Source: Eledone cirrhosa (lineage: Eukaryota). From it: a stretch of 64,000 nucleotides of DNA. This document shows positions 29,712 to 43,970 of this stretch, piece after piece. Location: contig OZ024740.1 in NCBI GenBank assembly GCA_964016885.1, positions 31,372,001 to 31,436,000 of the forward strand. The letters run 5' to 3'. The translations under genes were made by a program, and so were the position numbers. Below the pieces are notes generated by a model, which saw only the letters and a list, made by a program, of their open reading frames with translations, did not search any database and was not told the origin of the DNA. Position 1 is the first letter of the stretch. Each line of letters opens with the position of its first letter.

Positions 29712-32700
29712 GTCTCCTTCCTCTGGTCCACAGACATACTGTCTCCTCCCTCTGGTCCACAGACATACTGTCTCCATCCTCTGGTCCACAGACATACTGT
29801 CTCCTTCCCCTGGTCCACAGACATACTGTCTCCATCCTCTGGTCCACAGACATACTGTCTCCTTCCCCTGGTCCACAGACATACTGTCTCCTTCCTCTGG
29901 TCCACAGACACACTGTCTCCTTCCTCTGGTCCACAGACACACTGTCTCCTCCCTCTGGTCCACAGACATACTGTCTCCTCCCTCTGGTCCACAGTCATAA
30001 TATCTCCTTCCCCTGGTCCACAGACATACTGTCTCCTTCCTCTGGTCCACAGACACACTGTCTCCTTCCTCTGGTCCACAGACACACTGTCTCCTCCCTC
30101 TGGTTCACAGACATATGGTCTCCTTCCTCTGGTCCACAGACATACTGTCTCCTCCCTCTGGTCCACAGACATACTGTCTCCTCCCTCTGGTCCACAGACA
30201 TACTGTCTCCTCCCTCTGGTCCACAGACATACTGTCTCCTTCCTCTGGTCCACAGACATACTGTCTCCATCCTCTGGTCAACAGACATACTGTCTCCACC
30301 CTCTGGTCCACAGACATACTGTCTCCATCCTCTGGTCCACAGACATACTGTCTCCTCCCTCTGGTCCACAGACATACTGTCTCCTTCCTCTGGTCCACAG
30401 ACATACTGTCTCCATCCTCTGGTCAACAGACATACTGTCTCCATCCTCTGGTCAACAGACATACTGTCTCCACCCTCTGGTCCACAGACATACTGTCTCC
30501 TCCCTCTGGTCCACAGACATACTGTCTCCTCCCTCTGGTCCACAGACATACTGTCTCCTTCCTCTGGTCCACAGACATACTGTCTCCATCCTCTGGTCAA
30601 CGGACATACTGTCTCCACCCTCTGGTCCACAGACATACTGTCTCCTCCCTCTGGTCCACAGACATACTGACTCATCCCTCTGGTCCACAGACATACTGTC
30701 TCCTTCCCCTGGTCCACAGACATACTGTCTCCATCCTCTGGTCCACAGACATACTGTCTCCATCCTCTGGTCCACAGACATACTGTCTCCTTCCTCTGGT
30801 CCACAGACATACTGTCTCCTTCCCCTGGTCCACAGACATACTGTCTCCATCCTCTGGTCCACAGACATACTGTCTCCTCCCTCTGGTCCACAGACATACT
30901 GTCTCCTCCCTCTGGTCCACAGACATACTGTCTCCTCCCTCTGGTCCACAGACATACTGTCTCCATCCTCTGGTTCACAGACATACTGTCTCCTCCCTCT
31001 GGTCCACAGACATACTGTCTCCATCCTCTGGTCCACAGACATACTGTCTCCTCCCTCTATTCCACAGACATGCTGTCTCCTCCCTCTGGTCCACAGTCAT
31101 ACTGTCTCCATCCTCTCGTCCACAGACATACTGTCTCCTTCCTCTGGTCCACAGACATACTGTCTCCTCCCTCTGGTCCACAGACATACTGTCTCCATCC
31201 TCTGGTCCACAGACATACTGTCTCCTTCCTCTGGTCAACAGACATACTGTCTCCTCCCTCTGGTCCACAGACATACTGTCTCCTTCCTCTGGTCCACAGA
31301 CATACTGTCTCCTCCCTCTGGTCCACAGACATACTGTCTCCTTCCTCTGGTTCACAGACATACTGTCTCCTCCCTCTGGTCCACAGACATACTGTCTCCA
31401 TCCTCTGGTCCACAGACATACTGTCTCCTTCCTCTGGTCAACAGACATACTGTCTCCATCCTCTGGTCCACAGACATACTGTCTCCTCCCTCTGGTCCAC
31501 AGACATACTGTCTCCTCCCTCTGGTCCACAGACATACTGTCTCCCCCCTCTGGTCCACAGACATACTGTCTCCATCCTCTGGTTCACAGACATACTGTCT
31601 CCTCCCTCTGGTCCACAGACATACTGTCTCCATCCTCTGGTCCACAGACATACTGTCTCCTCCCTCTGGTCCACAGACATACTGTCTCCATCCTCTGGTC
31701 CACAGACATACTGTCTCCATCCTCTGGTCCACAGACATACTGTCTCCTACCTCTGGTTCACAGACATACTGTCTCCATCCTCTGGTCCACAGACATACTG
31801 TCTCCTTCCTCTGGTCCACAGACATACTGTCTCCTCCCTCTGGTCCACAGACATACTGTCTCCATCCTCTGGTCCACAGACATACTGTCTCCTACCTCTG
31901 GTCCACAGACATACTGTCTCCTCCCTCTGGTCCACAGACATACTGTCTCCTCCCTCTGGTCCACGGACATACTGTCTCCTCCCTCTGGTCCACAGACATA
32001 CTGTCTCCATCCTCTGGTTCACAGACATACTGTCTCCTCCCTCTGGTCCACAGACATACTGTCTCCATCCTCTGGTCCACAGACATACTGTCTCCTTCCC
32101 CTGGTCCACAGACATACTGTCTCCTACCTCTGGTTCACAGACATACTGTCTCCACCCTCTGGTCCACAGACATACTGTCTCCTTCCCCTGGTCCACAGAC
32201 ATACTGTCTCCTACCTCTGGTTCACAGACATACTGTCTCCACCCTCTGGTCCACAGACATACTGTCTCCTTCCCCTGGTCCACAGACATACTGTCTCCTC
32301 CCTCTGGTCCACAGACATACTGTCTCCACCCTCTGGTCCACAGACATACTGTCTCCTCCCTCTGGTCCACAGACATACTCTCTCCATCCTCTGGTCCACA
32401 GACATACTGTCTACATCCTCTGGTCCACAGACATACTGTCTCCTTCCTCTGGTCCACAGACATACTGTCTCCTCCCTCTGGTCCACAGACATACTGTCTC
32501 CATCCTCTTGTCCACAGACATACTGTCTCCTTTCTCTGGTTCACAGACATACTGTCTCCTCCCTCTGGTCCACAGACATACTGTCTCCATCCTCTGGTCC
32601 ACAGACATACTGTCTCCTACCTCTGGTCCACAGACATACTGTCTCCTCCCTCTGGTCCACAGACATACTGTCTCCATCCTCTTGTCCACAGACATACTGT

Positions 32701-35700
32701 CTCCTCCCTCTGGTCCACAGACATACTGTCTCCATCCTCTTGTCCACAGACATACTGTCTCCTTTCTCTGGTTCACAGACATACTGTCTCCTCCCTCTGG
32801 TCTACAGACATACTGTCTCCATCCTCTGGTCCACAGACATACTGTCTCCATCCTCTGGTCCACAGACATACTGTCTCCTCCCTCTGGTCCACAGACATAC
32901 TGTCTCCATCCTCTTGTCCACAGACATACTGTCTCCTTTCTCTGGTCCACAGACATACTGTCTCCTCCCTCTGGTCCACAGACAAACTGTCTCCATCCTC
33001 TGGTCCACAGATATACTGTCTCCTACCTCTGGTCCACAGACATACTGTCTCCTCCCTCTGGTCCACAGACATACTGTCTCCTCCCTCTGGTCCACAGACA
33101 TACTGTCTCCTTCCCCTGGTCCACAGACATACTGTCTCCATCCTCTGGTCCACAGACATACTGTCTCCATCCTCTGGTCCACAGACATACTGTCTCCTAC
33201 CTCTGGTCTACAGACATACTGTCTCCTCCCTCTGGTCCACAGACATACTGTCTCCTCCCTCTGGTCCACAGACATACTGTCTCCTTCCTCTGGTCCACAG
33301 ACATACTGTCTCCTTCTTCTGGTCCACAGACATACTGTCTCCTCCCTCTGGTCCACAGACATACTGACTCCATCCTCTGGTCCACAGACATACTGTCTCC
33401 ATCCTCTGGTCCACAGACATACTGTCTCCATCCTCTGGTCCATAGACATACTGTCTCCTACCTCTGGTCCACAGACATACTGTCTCCTCCCTCTGGTCCA
33501 CAGACATACTGTCTCCTACCTCTGGTTCACAGACATACTGTCTCCATCCTCTGGTCCACAGACATACTGTCTCCTTCCTCTGGTCCACAGACATACTGTC
33601 TCCTCCCTCTGGTCCACAGACATACTGTCTCCTTCTTCTGGTCCACAGACATACTGTCTCCTCCCTCTGGTCCACAGACATACTGACTCCATCCTCTGGT
33701 CCACAGACATACTGTCTCCATCCTCTGGTCCACAGACATACTGTCTCCTTCCTCTGGTCCACAGACATACTGTCTCCTCCCTCTGGTCCACAGACATACT
33801 GTCTCCATCCTCTGGTCCACAGACATACTGTCTCCTACCTCTGGTCCACAGACATACTGTCTCCTCCCTCTGGTCCACAGACATACTGTCTCCTCCCTCT
33901 GGTCCACGGACATACTGTCTCCTCCCTCTGGTCCACAGACATACTGTCTCCATCCTCTGGTTCACAGACATACTGTCTCCTCCCTCTGGTCCACAGACAT
34001 ACTGTCTCCATCCTCTGGTCCACAGACATACTGTCTCCTTCCCCTGGTCCACAGACATACTGTCTCCTACCTCTGGTTCACAGACATACTGTCTCCACCC
34101 TCTGGTCCACAGACATACTGTCTCCTTCCCCTGGTCCACAGACATACTGTCTCCTACCTCTGGTTCACAGACATACTGTCTCCACCCTCTGGTCCACAGA
34201 CATACTGTCTCCTTCCCCTGGTCCACAGACATACTGTCTCCTCCATCTGGTCCACAGACATACTGTCTCCACCCTCTGGTCCACAGACATACTGTCTCCT
34301 CCCTCTGGTCCACAGACATACTCTCTCCATCCTCTGGTCCACAGACATACTGTCTACATCCTCTGGTCCACAGACATACTGTCTCCTTCCTCTGGTCCAC
34401 AGACATACTGTCTCCTCCCTCTGGTCCACAGACATACTGTCTCCATCCTCTTGTCCACAGACATACTGTCTCCTTTCTCTGGTTCACAGACATACTGTCT
34501 CCTCCCTCTGGTCCACAGACATACTGTCTCCATCCTCTGGTCCACAGACATACTGTCTCCTACCTCTGGTCCACAGACATACTGTCTCCTCCCTCTGGTC
34601 CACAGACATACTGTCTCCATCCTCTTGTCCACAGACATACTGTCTCCTCCCTCTGGTCCACAGACATACTGTCTCCATCCTCTTGTCCACAGACATACTG
34701 TCTCCTTTCTCTGGTTCACAGACATACTGTCTCCTCCCTCTGGTCTACAGACATACTGTCTCCATCCTCTGGTCCACAGACATACTGTCTCCATCCTCTG
34801 GTCCACAGACATACTGTCTCCTCCCTCTGGTCCACAGACATACTGTCTCCATCCTCTTGTCCACAGACATACTGTCTCCTTTCTCTGGTCCACAGACATA
34901 CTGTCTCCTCCCTCTGGTCCACAGACAAACTGTCTCCATCCTCTGGTCCACAGATATACTGTCTCCTACCTCTGGTCCACAGACATACTGTCTCCTCCCT
35001 CTGGTCCACAGACATACTGTCTCCTCCCTCTGGTCCACAGACATACTGTCTCCTTCCCCTGGTCCACAGACATACTGTCTCCATCCTCTGGTCCACAGAC
35101 ATACTGTCTCCATCCTCTGGTCCACAGACATACTGTCTCCTACCTCTGGTCTACAGACATACTGTCTCCTCCCTCTGGTCCACAGACATACTGTCTCCTC
35201 CCTCTGGTCCACAGACATACTGTCTCCTTCCTCTGGTCCACAGACATACTGTCTCCTTCTTCTGGTCCACAGACATACTGTCTCCTCCCTCTGGTCCACA
35301 GACATACTGACTCCATCCTCTGGTCCACAGACATACTGTCTCCATCCTCTGGTCCACAGACATACTGTCTCCATCCTCTGGTCCATAGACATACTGTCTC
35401 CTACCTCTGGTCCACAGAATACTGTCTCCTCCCTCTGGTCCACAGACATACTGTCTCCTACCTCTGGTTCACAGACATACTGTCTCCATCCTCTGGTCCA
35501 CAGACATACTGTCTCCTTCCTCTGGTCCACAGACATACTGTCTCCTCCCTCTGGTCCACAGACATACTGTCTCCTTCTTCTGGTCCACAGACATACTGTC
35601 TCCTCCCTCTGGTCCACAGACATACTGACTCCATCCTCTGGTCCACAGACATACTGTCTCCATCCTCTGGTCCACAGACATACTGTCTCCATCCTCTGGT

Positions 35701-38140
35701 CCATAGACATACTGTCTCCTACCTCTGGTCCACAGACATACTGTCTCCATCCTCTGGTCCACAGACATACTGTCTCCTTCCTCTGGTTCACAGACATACT
35801 ATCTCCATCCTGTGGTCCACAGACATACTGTCTCCTTCCTCTGATCCACAGACATACTGTCTCCTTCCTCTGATCCACAGACATACTGTCTTCTTCCTCT
35901 GGTCCACAGACATACCGTCTCCTTCCTCTGGTCCACAGACATGCTGTCTCCTCCCTCTGGGCCACAGACATACTGTCTCCTCCCTCTGGTCCACAGACAT
36001 ACTGTCTCCTCCCTCTGGTCCACAGACATACTGTCTCCATCCTCTGGTCCACAGACATACTGTCTCCATCCTCTGGTCCACAGACATACTGTCTCCCCCC
36101 CTGGTCCACAGACATACTGTCTCCATCCTCTGGTCCACAGACATACTGTCTGCTTCCTCTAGTCCACATACATGCTGTCTCCTCCCTCTGGTCCAGAGAC
36201 ATACTGTCTCCTTCCTGTGATCCACAGACATACTGTCTCCTTCCTCTGGTCCACAGACATACTATCTCCTTCCTCTGGTCCACAGACATACTGTCTCCTT
36301 CCTCTGGTCCACAGACATACTGTCTCCTTCCTCTGGTCCACAGACATGCTGTCTCCTCCCTCTGGTCCACAGACATACTGTCTCCTTCCTCTGGTCCACA
36401 GACATACTGTCTCCTTCCTCTGGTCCACAGACATACTGTCTCCTTCCTCTGGTCCACAGACATACTGTCTCCTCCCTCTGGTCCACAGACATACTGTCTA
36501 CATCCTCTGGTCCACAGACATACTGTCTCCTTTCTCTGGTTCACAGACATACTGTCTCCTCCCTCTGGTCCACAGACATACTGTCTCCATCCTCTGGTCC
36601 ACAGACATACTGTCTCCTCCCTCTGGTCCACAGACATACTGTCTCCATCCTCTGGTCCACAGACATACTGTCTCCATCCTCTGGTCCACAGACATACTGT
36701 CTCCTACCTCTGGTTCACAGACATACTGTCTCCATCCTCTGGTCCACAGACACACTGTCTCCATTCTCTGGTCCACAGACATACTGTCTCCTACCTCTGG
36801 TTCACAGACATACTGCCTCCATCCTCTGGTCCACAGACGTACTGTCTCCTACCTCTGGTTCACAGACATACTGTCTCCATCCTCTGATCCACAGACATAC
36901 TGTCTCCTTCCTCTGGTTCACAGACATACTGTCTCCTCCCTCTGGTCCACAGACATACTGTCTCCTCCCTCTGGTCCACAGACATACTCTCTCCATCCTC
37001 TGGTCCACAGACATACTGTCTACATCCTCTGGTCCACAGACATACTGTCTCCTCCCTCTGGTCCACAGACATACTGTCTACATCCTCTGGTCCACAGACA
37101 TACTGTCTCCTCCCTCTGGTCCACAGACATACTGTCTCCTACCTCTGGTCCACAGACATACTGTCTCCTTTCTCTGGTCCACAGACATACTGTCTCCATC
37201 CTCTGGTCCACAGACATACTGTCTCCTCCTTCTGGTCCACAGACATACTGTCTCCTTCCTCTGGTCCACAGACATACTGTCTCCTCCCTCTGGTCCACAG
37301 ACATACTGTCTCCTCCCTCTGGTCCACAGACATACTGTCTCCTCCCTCTGGTCCACAGACATACTGTCTCCTCCCTCTGGTCCACAGACATACTGTCTCC
37401 ATCCTCTGGTCCACAGACATACTGTCTCCATCCTCTGGTCCACAGACATACTGTCTCCCCCCCTGGTCCACAGACATACTGTCTCCATCCTCTGGTCCAC
37501 AGACATACTGTCTCCTTCCTCTAGTCCACATACATGCTGTCTCCTCCCTCTGGTCCAGAGACATACTGTCTCCTTCCTGTGATCCACAGACATACTGTCT
37601 CCTTCCTCTGGTCCACAGACATACTATCTCCTTCCTCTGGTCCACAGACATACTGTCTCCTTCCTCTGGTCCACAGACATACTGTCTCCTTCCTCTGGTC
37701 CACAGACATGCTGTCTCCTCCCTCTGGTCCACAGACATACTGTCTCCTTCCTCTGGTCCACAGACATACTGTCTCCTTCCTCTGGTCCACAGACATACTG
37801 TCTCCTTCCTCTGGTCCACAGACATACTGTCTCCTCCCTCTGGTCCACAGACATACTGTCTACATCCTCTGGTCCACAGTCATACTGTCTGCTTTCTCTG
37901 GTTCACAGACATATTGTCTCCTCCCTCTGGTCCACAGACATACTGTCTCCATCCTCTGGTCCACAGACATACTGTCTCCTCCCTCTGGTCCACAGACATA
38001 CTGTCTCCATCCTCTGGTCCACAGACATACTGTCTCCATCCTCTGGTCCACAGACATACTGTCTCCTACCTCTGGTTCACAGACATACTGTCTCCATCCT
38101 CTGATCCACAGACATACTGTCTCCTTCCTCTGGTCCACAG
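29712..38140 (+). repeat. Higher-order super-repeat, partial copy 3
   Basis: Matches copy 2 at offset 13159, then 13158 after a 1-bp deletion near 35418. The variant order diverges near 38150. Confidence 0.85.
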
Positions 38141-41100
38141 ACATACTGTCTCCATCCTCTGGTCCACAGACATACTGTCTCCATCCTCTGGTCCACAGAC
38201 ATACTGTCTCCTACCTCTGGTCCACAGACATACTGTCTCCATCCTCTGATCCACAGACATACTGTCTCCTTCCTCTGGTCCACAGACATACTGTCTCCAT
38301 CCTCTGGTCCACAGACATACTGTCTCCATCCTCTGGTCCACAGACATACTGTCTCCTCCCTCTGGTCCACAGACATACTGTCTCCATCCTCTGGTCCACA
38401 GACATACTGTCTCCATCCTCTGGTCCACAGACATACTGTCTCCCCCCCCTGGTCCACAGACATACTGTCTCCATCCTCTGGTCCACAGACATACTGTCTC
38501 CTTCCTCTAGTCCACATACATGCTGTCTCCTCCCTCTGGTCCACAGACATACTGTCTCCTTCCTGTGATCCACAGACATACTGTCTCCTTCCTCTGGTCC
38601 ACAGACATACTGTCTCCTTCCTCTGGTCCACAGACATACTGTCTCCTTCCTCTGGTCCACAGACATACTGTCTCCTTCCTCTGGTCCACAGACATACTGT
38701 CTCCTCCCTCTGGTCCACAGACATACTGTCTCCTTCCTCTGGTCCACAGACATACTCTCTCCTTCCTCTGGTCCACAGACATACTGTCTCCTTCCTCTTG
38801 TCCACAGACATGCTGTCTCCTCCCTCTGGTCCACAGACATACTGTCTCCTTCCTCTGGTTCACAGACATACTATCTCCATCCTGTGGTCCACAGACATAC
38901 TGTCTCCTTCCTCTGATCCACAGACATACTGTCTCCTTCTTCTGGTCCACAGACATACCGTCTCCTTCCTCTGGTCCACAGACATACTGTCTCCTTCCCC
39001 TGGTCCACAGACATACTGTCTCCTCCCTCTGGTCCACAGACATACTGTCTCCTCCCTGTGGTCCACAGACATACTCTCTCCATCCTCTGGTCCACAGACA
39101 TACTGTCTCCATCCTCTGGTCCACAGACATACTGTCTCCTTCCTCTTGTCCACAGACATACTGTCTCCTCCCTCTGGTCCACAGACATACTGTCTCCTCC
39201 CTCAGGTCCACAGATTTACTGTCTCCATCCTCTGGTCCACAGACATACTGTCTCCATCCTCTTGTCCACAGACATACTGTCTCCTCCCTCTGGTCCACAG
39301 ACATACTGTCTCCATCCTCTGGTCCACAGACATACTGTCTCCATCCTCTGGTCCACAGACATACTGTCTCCTACCTCTGGTTCACAGACATACTCTCTCC
39401 ATCCTCTGGTCCACAGACATACTGTCTCCATCCTCTGGTCCACAGACACACTGTCTCCTTCCTCTGGTCCACAGACATACTGTCTCCATCCTTTGGTCCA
39501 CAGACATACCGTCTCCTTCCTCTGGTCCACAGACATACTGTCTCCTTCCCCTGGTCCACAGACATACTGTCTCCTCCCTCTGGTCCACAGACATACTGTC
39601 TCCACCCTCTGGTCCACAGACATACTGTCTCCTCCCTCTGGTCCACAGACATACTCTCTCCATCCTCTGGTCCACAGACATACTGTCTACATCCTCTGGT
39701 CCACAGACATACTGTCTCCTTCCTCTGGTCCACAGACATACTGTCTCCTCCCTCTGGTCCACAGACATACTGTCTCCATCCTCTTGTCCACAGACATACT
39801 GTCTCCTTTCTCTGGTTCACAGACATACTGTCTCCTCCCTCTGGTCCACAGACATACTGTCTCCATCCTCTGGTCCACAGACATACTGTCTCCTACCTCT
39901 GGTCCACAGACATACTGTCTCCTCCCTCTGGTCCACAGACATACTGTCTCCATCCTCTTGTCCACAGACATACTGTCTCCTCCCTCTGGTCCACAGACAT
40001 ACTGTCTCCATCCTCTTGTCCACAGACATACTGTCTCCTTTCTCTGGTTCACAGACATACTGTCTCCTCCCTCTGGTCCACAGACATACTGTCTCCATCC
40101 TCTGGTCCACAGACATACTGTCTCCATCCTCTGGTCCACAGACATACTGTCTCCTCCCTCTGGTCCACAGACATACTGTCTCCATCCTCTTGTCCACAGA
40201 CATACTGTCTCCTTTCTCTGGTCCACAGACATACTGTCTCCTCCCTCTGGTCCACAGACATACTGTCTCCATCCTCTGGTCCACAGACATACTGTCTCCT
40301 CCCTCTGGTCCACAGACATACTGTCTCCATCCTCTGGTCCACAGACATACTGTCTCCATCCTCTGGTCCACAGACATACTGTCTCCTACCTCTGGTTCAC
40401 AGACATACTGTCTCCATCCTCTGGTCCACAGACACACTGTCTCCATTCTCTGGTCCACAGACATACTGTCTCCTACCTCTGGTTCACAGACATACTGCCT
40501 CCATCCTCTGGTCCACAGACGTACTGTCTCCTACCTCTGGTTCACAGACATACTGTCTCCATCCTCTGATCCACAGACATACTGTCTCCTTCCTCTGGTT
40601 CACAGACATACTGTCTCCTCCCTCTGGTCCACAGACATACTGTCTCCTCCCTCTGGTCCACAGACATACTCTCTCCATCCTCTGGTCCACAGACATACTG
40701 TCTACATCCTCTGGTCCACAGACATACTGTCTCCTCCCTCTGGTCCACAGACATACTGTCTACATCCTCTGGTCCACAGACATACTGTCTCCTCCCTCTG
40801 GTCCACAGACATACTGTCTCCTACCTCTGGTCCACAGACATACTGTCTCCTTTCTCTGGTCCACAGACATACTGTCTCCATCCTCTGGTCCACAGACATA
40901 CTGTCTCCTCCCTCTGGTCCACAGACATACTGTCTCCTTCCTCTGGTCCACAGACATACTGTCTCCTCCCTCTGGTCCACAGACATACTGTCTCCTCCCT
41001 CTGGTCCACAGACATACTGTCTCCTCCCTCTGGTCCACAGACATACTGTCTCCTCCCTCTGGTCCACAGACATACTGTCTCCATCCTCTGGTCCACAGAC

Positions 41101-43970
41101 ATACTGTCTCCATCCTCTGGTCCACAGACATACTGTCTCCCCCCCTGGTCCACAGACATACTGTCTCCATCCTCTGGTCCACAGACATACTGTCTCCTTC
41201 CTCTAGTCCACATACATGCTGTCTCCTCCCTCTGGTCCAGAGACATACTGTCTCCTTCCTGTGATCCACAGACATACTGTCTCCTTCCTCTGGTCCACAG
41301 ACATACTATCTCCTTCCTCTGGTCCACAGACATACTGTCTCCTTCCTCTGGTCCACAGACATACTGTCTCCTTCCTCTGGTCCACAGACATGCTGTCTCC
41401 TCCCTCTGGTCCACAGACATACTGTCTCCTTCCTCTGGTCCACAGACATACTGTCTCCTTCCTCTGGTCCACAGACATACTGTCTCCTTCCTCTGGTCCA
41501 CAGACATACTGTCTCCTCCCTCTGGTCCACAGACATACTGTCTACATCCTCTGGTCCACAGTCATACTGTCTGCTTTCTCTGGTTCACAGACATATTGTC
41601 TCCTCCCTCTGGTCCACAGACATACTGTCTCCATCCTCTGGTCCACAGACATACTGTCTCCTCCCTCTGGTCCACAGACATACTGTCTCCATCCTCTGGT
41701 CCACAGACATACTGTCTCCATCCTCTGGTCCACAGACATACTGTCTCCTACCTCTGGTTCACAGACATACTGTCTCCATCCTCTGATCCACAGACATACT
41801 GTCTCCTTCCTCTGGTCCACAGACATACTGTCTCCATCCTCTGGTCCACAGACATACTGTCTCCATCCTCTGGTCCACAGACATACTGTCTCCTACCTCT
41901 GGTCCACAGACATACTGTCTCCATCCTCTGATCCACAGACATACTGTCTCCTTCCTCTGGTCCACAGACATACTGTCTCCATCCTCTGGTCCACAGACAT
42001 ACTGTCTCCATCCTCTGGTCCACAGACATACTGTCTCCTCCCTCTGGTCCACAGACATACTGTCTCCATCCTCTGGTCCACAGACATACTGTCTCCATCC
42101 TCTGGTCCACAGACATACTGTCTCCCCCCCCTGGTCCACAGACATACTGTCTCCATCCTCTGGTCCACAGACATACTGTCTCCTTCCTCTAGTCCACATA
42201 CATGCTGTCTCCTCCCTCTGGTCCACAGACATACTGTCTCCTTCCTGTGATCCACAGACATACTGTCTCCTTCCTCTGGTCCACAGACATACTGTCTCCT
42301 TCCTCTGGTCCACAGACATACTGTCTCCTTCCTCTGGTCCACAGACATACTGTCTCCTTCCTCTGGTCCACAGACATGCTGTCTCCTCCCTCTGGTCCAC
42401 AGACATACTGTCTCCTTCCTCTGGTCCACAGACATACTGTCTCCTTCCTCTGGTCCACAGACATACTGTCTCCTTCCTCTTGTCCACAGACATGCTGTCT
42501 CCTCCCTCTGGTCCACAGACATACTGTCTCCTTCCTCTGGTTCACAGACATACTATCTCCATCCTGTGGTCCACAGACATACTGTCTCCTTCCTCTGATC
42601 CACAGACATACTGTCTCCTTCTTCTGGTCCACAGACATACCGTCTCCTTCCTCTGGTCCACAGACATACTGTCTCCTTCCCCTGGTCCACAGACATACTG
42701 TCTCCTCCCTCTGGTCCACAGACATACTGTCTCCTCCCTGTGGTCCACAGACATACTCTCTCCATCCTCTGGTCCACAGACATACTGTCTCCATCCTCTG
42801 GTCCACAGACATACTGTCTCCTTCCTCTGGTCCACAGACATACTGTCTCCTCCCTCTGGTCCACAGACATACTGTCTCCTCCCTCAGGTCCACAGATTTA
42901 CTGTCTCCATCCTCTGGTCCACAGACATACTGTCTCCATCCTCTTGTCCACAGACATACTGTCTCCTCCCTCTGGTCCACAGACATACTGTCTCCATCCT
43001 CTGGTCCACAGACATACTGTCTCCATCCTCTGGTCCACAGACATACTGTCTCCTACCTCTGGTTCACAGACATACTCTCTCCATCCTCTGGTCCACAGAC
43101 ATACTGTCTCCATCCTCTGGTCCACAGACACACTGTCTCCTTCCTCTGGTCCACAGACATACTGTCTCCATCCTTTGGTCCACAGACATACCGTCTCCTT
43201 CCTCTGGTCCACAGACATACTGTCTCCTTCCCCTGGTCCACAGACATACTGTCTCCTCCCTCTGGTCCACAGACATACTGTCTCCACCCTCTGGTCCACA
43301 GACATACTGTCTCCTCCCTCTGGTCCACAGACATACTCTCTCCATCCTCTGGTCCACAGACATACTGTCTACATCCTCTGGTCCACAGACATACTGTCTC
43401 CTTCCTCTGGTCCACAGACATACTGTCTCCTCCCTCTGGTCCACAGACATACTGTCTCCATCCTCTTGTCCACAGACATACTGTCTCCTTTCTCTGGTTC
43501 ACAGACATACTGTCTCCTCCCTCTGGTCCACAGACATACTGTCTCCATCCTCTGGTCCACAGACATACTGTCTCCTACCTCTGGTCCACAGACATACTGT
43601 CTCCTCCCTCTGGTCCACAGACATACTGTCTCCATCCTCTTGTCCACAGACATACTGTCTCCTCCCTCTGGTCCACAGACATACTGTCTCCATCCTCTTG
43701 TCCACAGACATACTGTCTCCTTTCTCTGGTTCACAGACATACTGTCTCCTCCCTCTGGTCCACAGACATACTGTCTCCATCCTCTGGTCCACAGACATAC
43801 TGTCTCCATCCTCTGGTCCACAGACATACTGTCTCCTCCCTCTGGTCCACAGACATACTGTCTCCATCCTCTTGTCCACAGACATACTGTCTCCTTTCTC
43901 TGGTCCACAGACATACTGTCTCCTCCCTCTGGTCCACAGACATACTGTCTCCATCCTCTGGTCCACAGAC
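36550..43970 (+). repeat. Tandem duplication of a 3,682-bp (about 127-monomer) block
   Basis: Landmark pairs 36802/40484, 37534/41216, 38520/42202 and 39687/43369. Ends are approximate. Confidence 0.85.
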
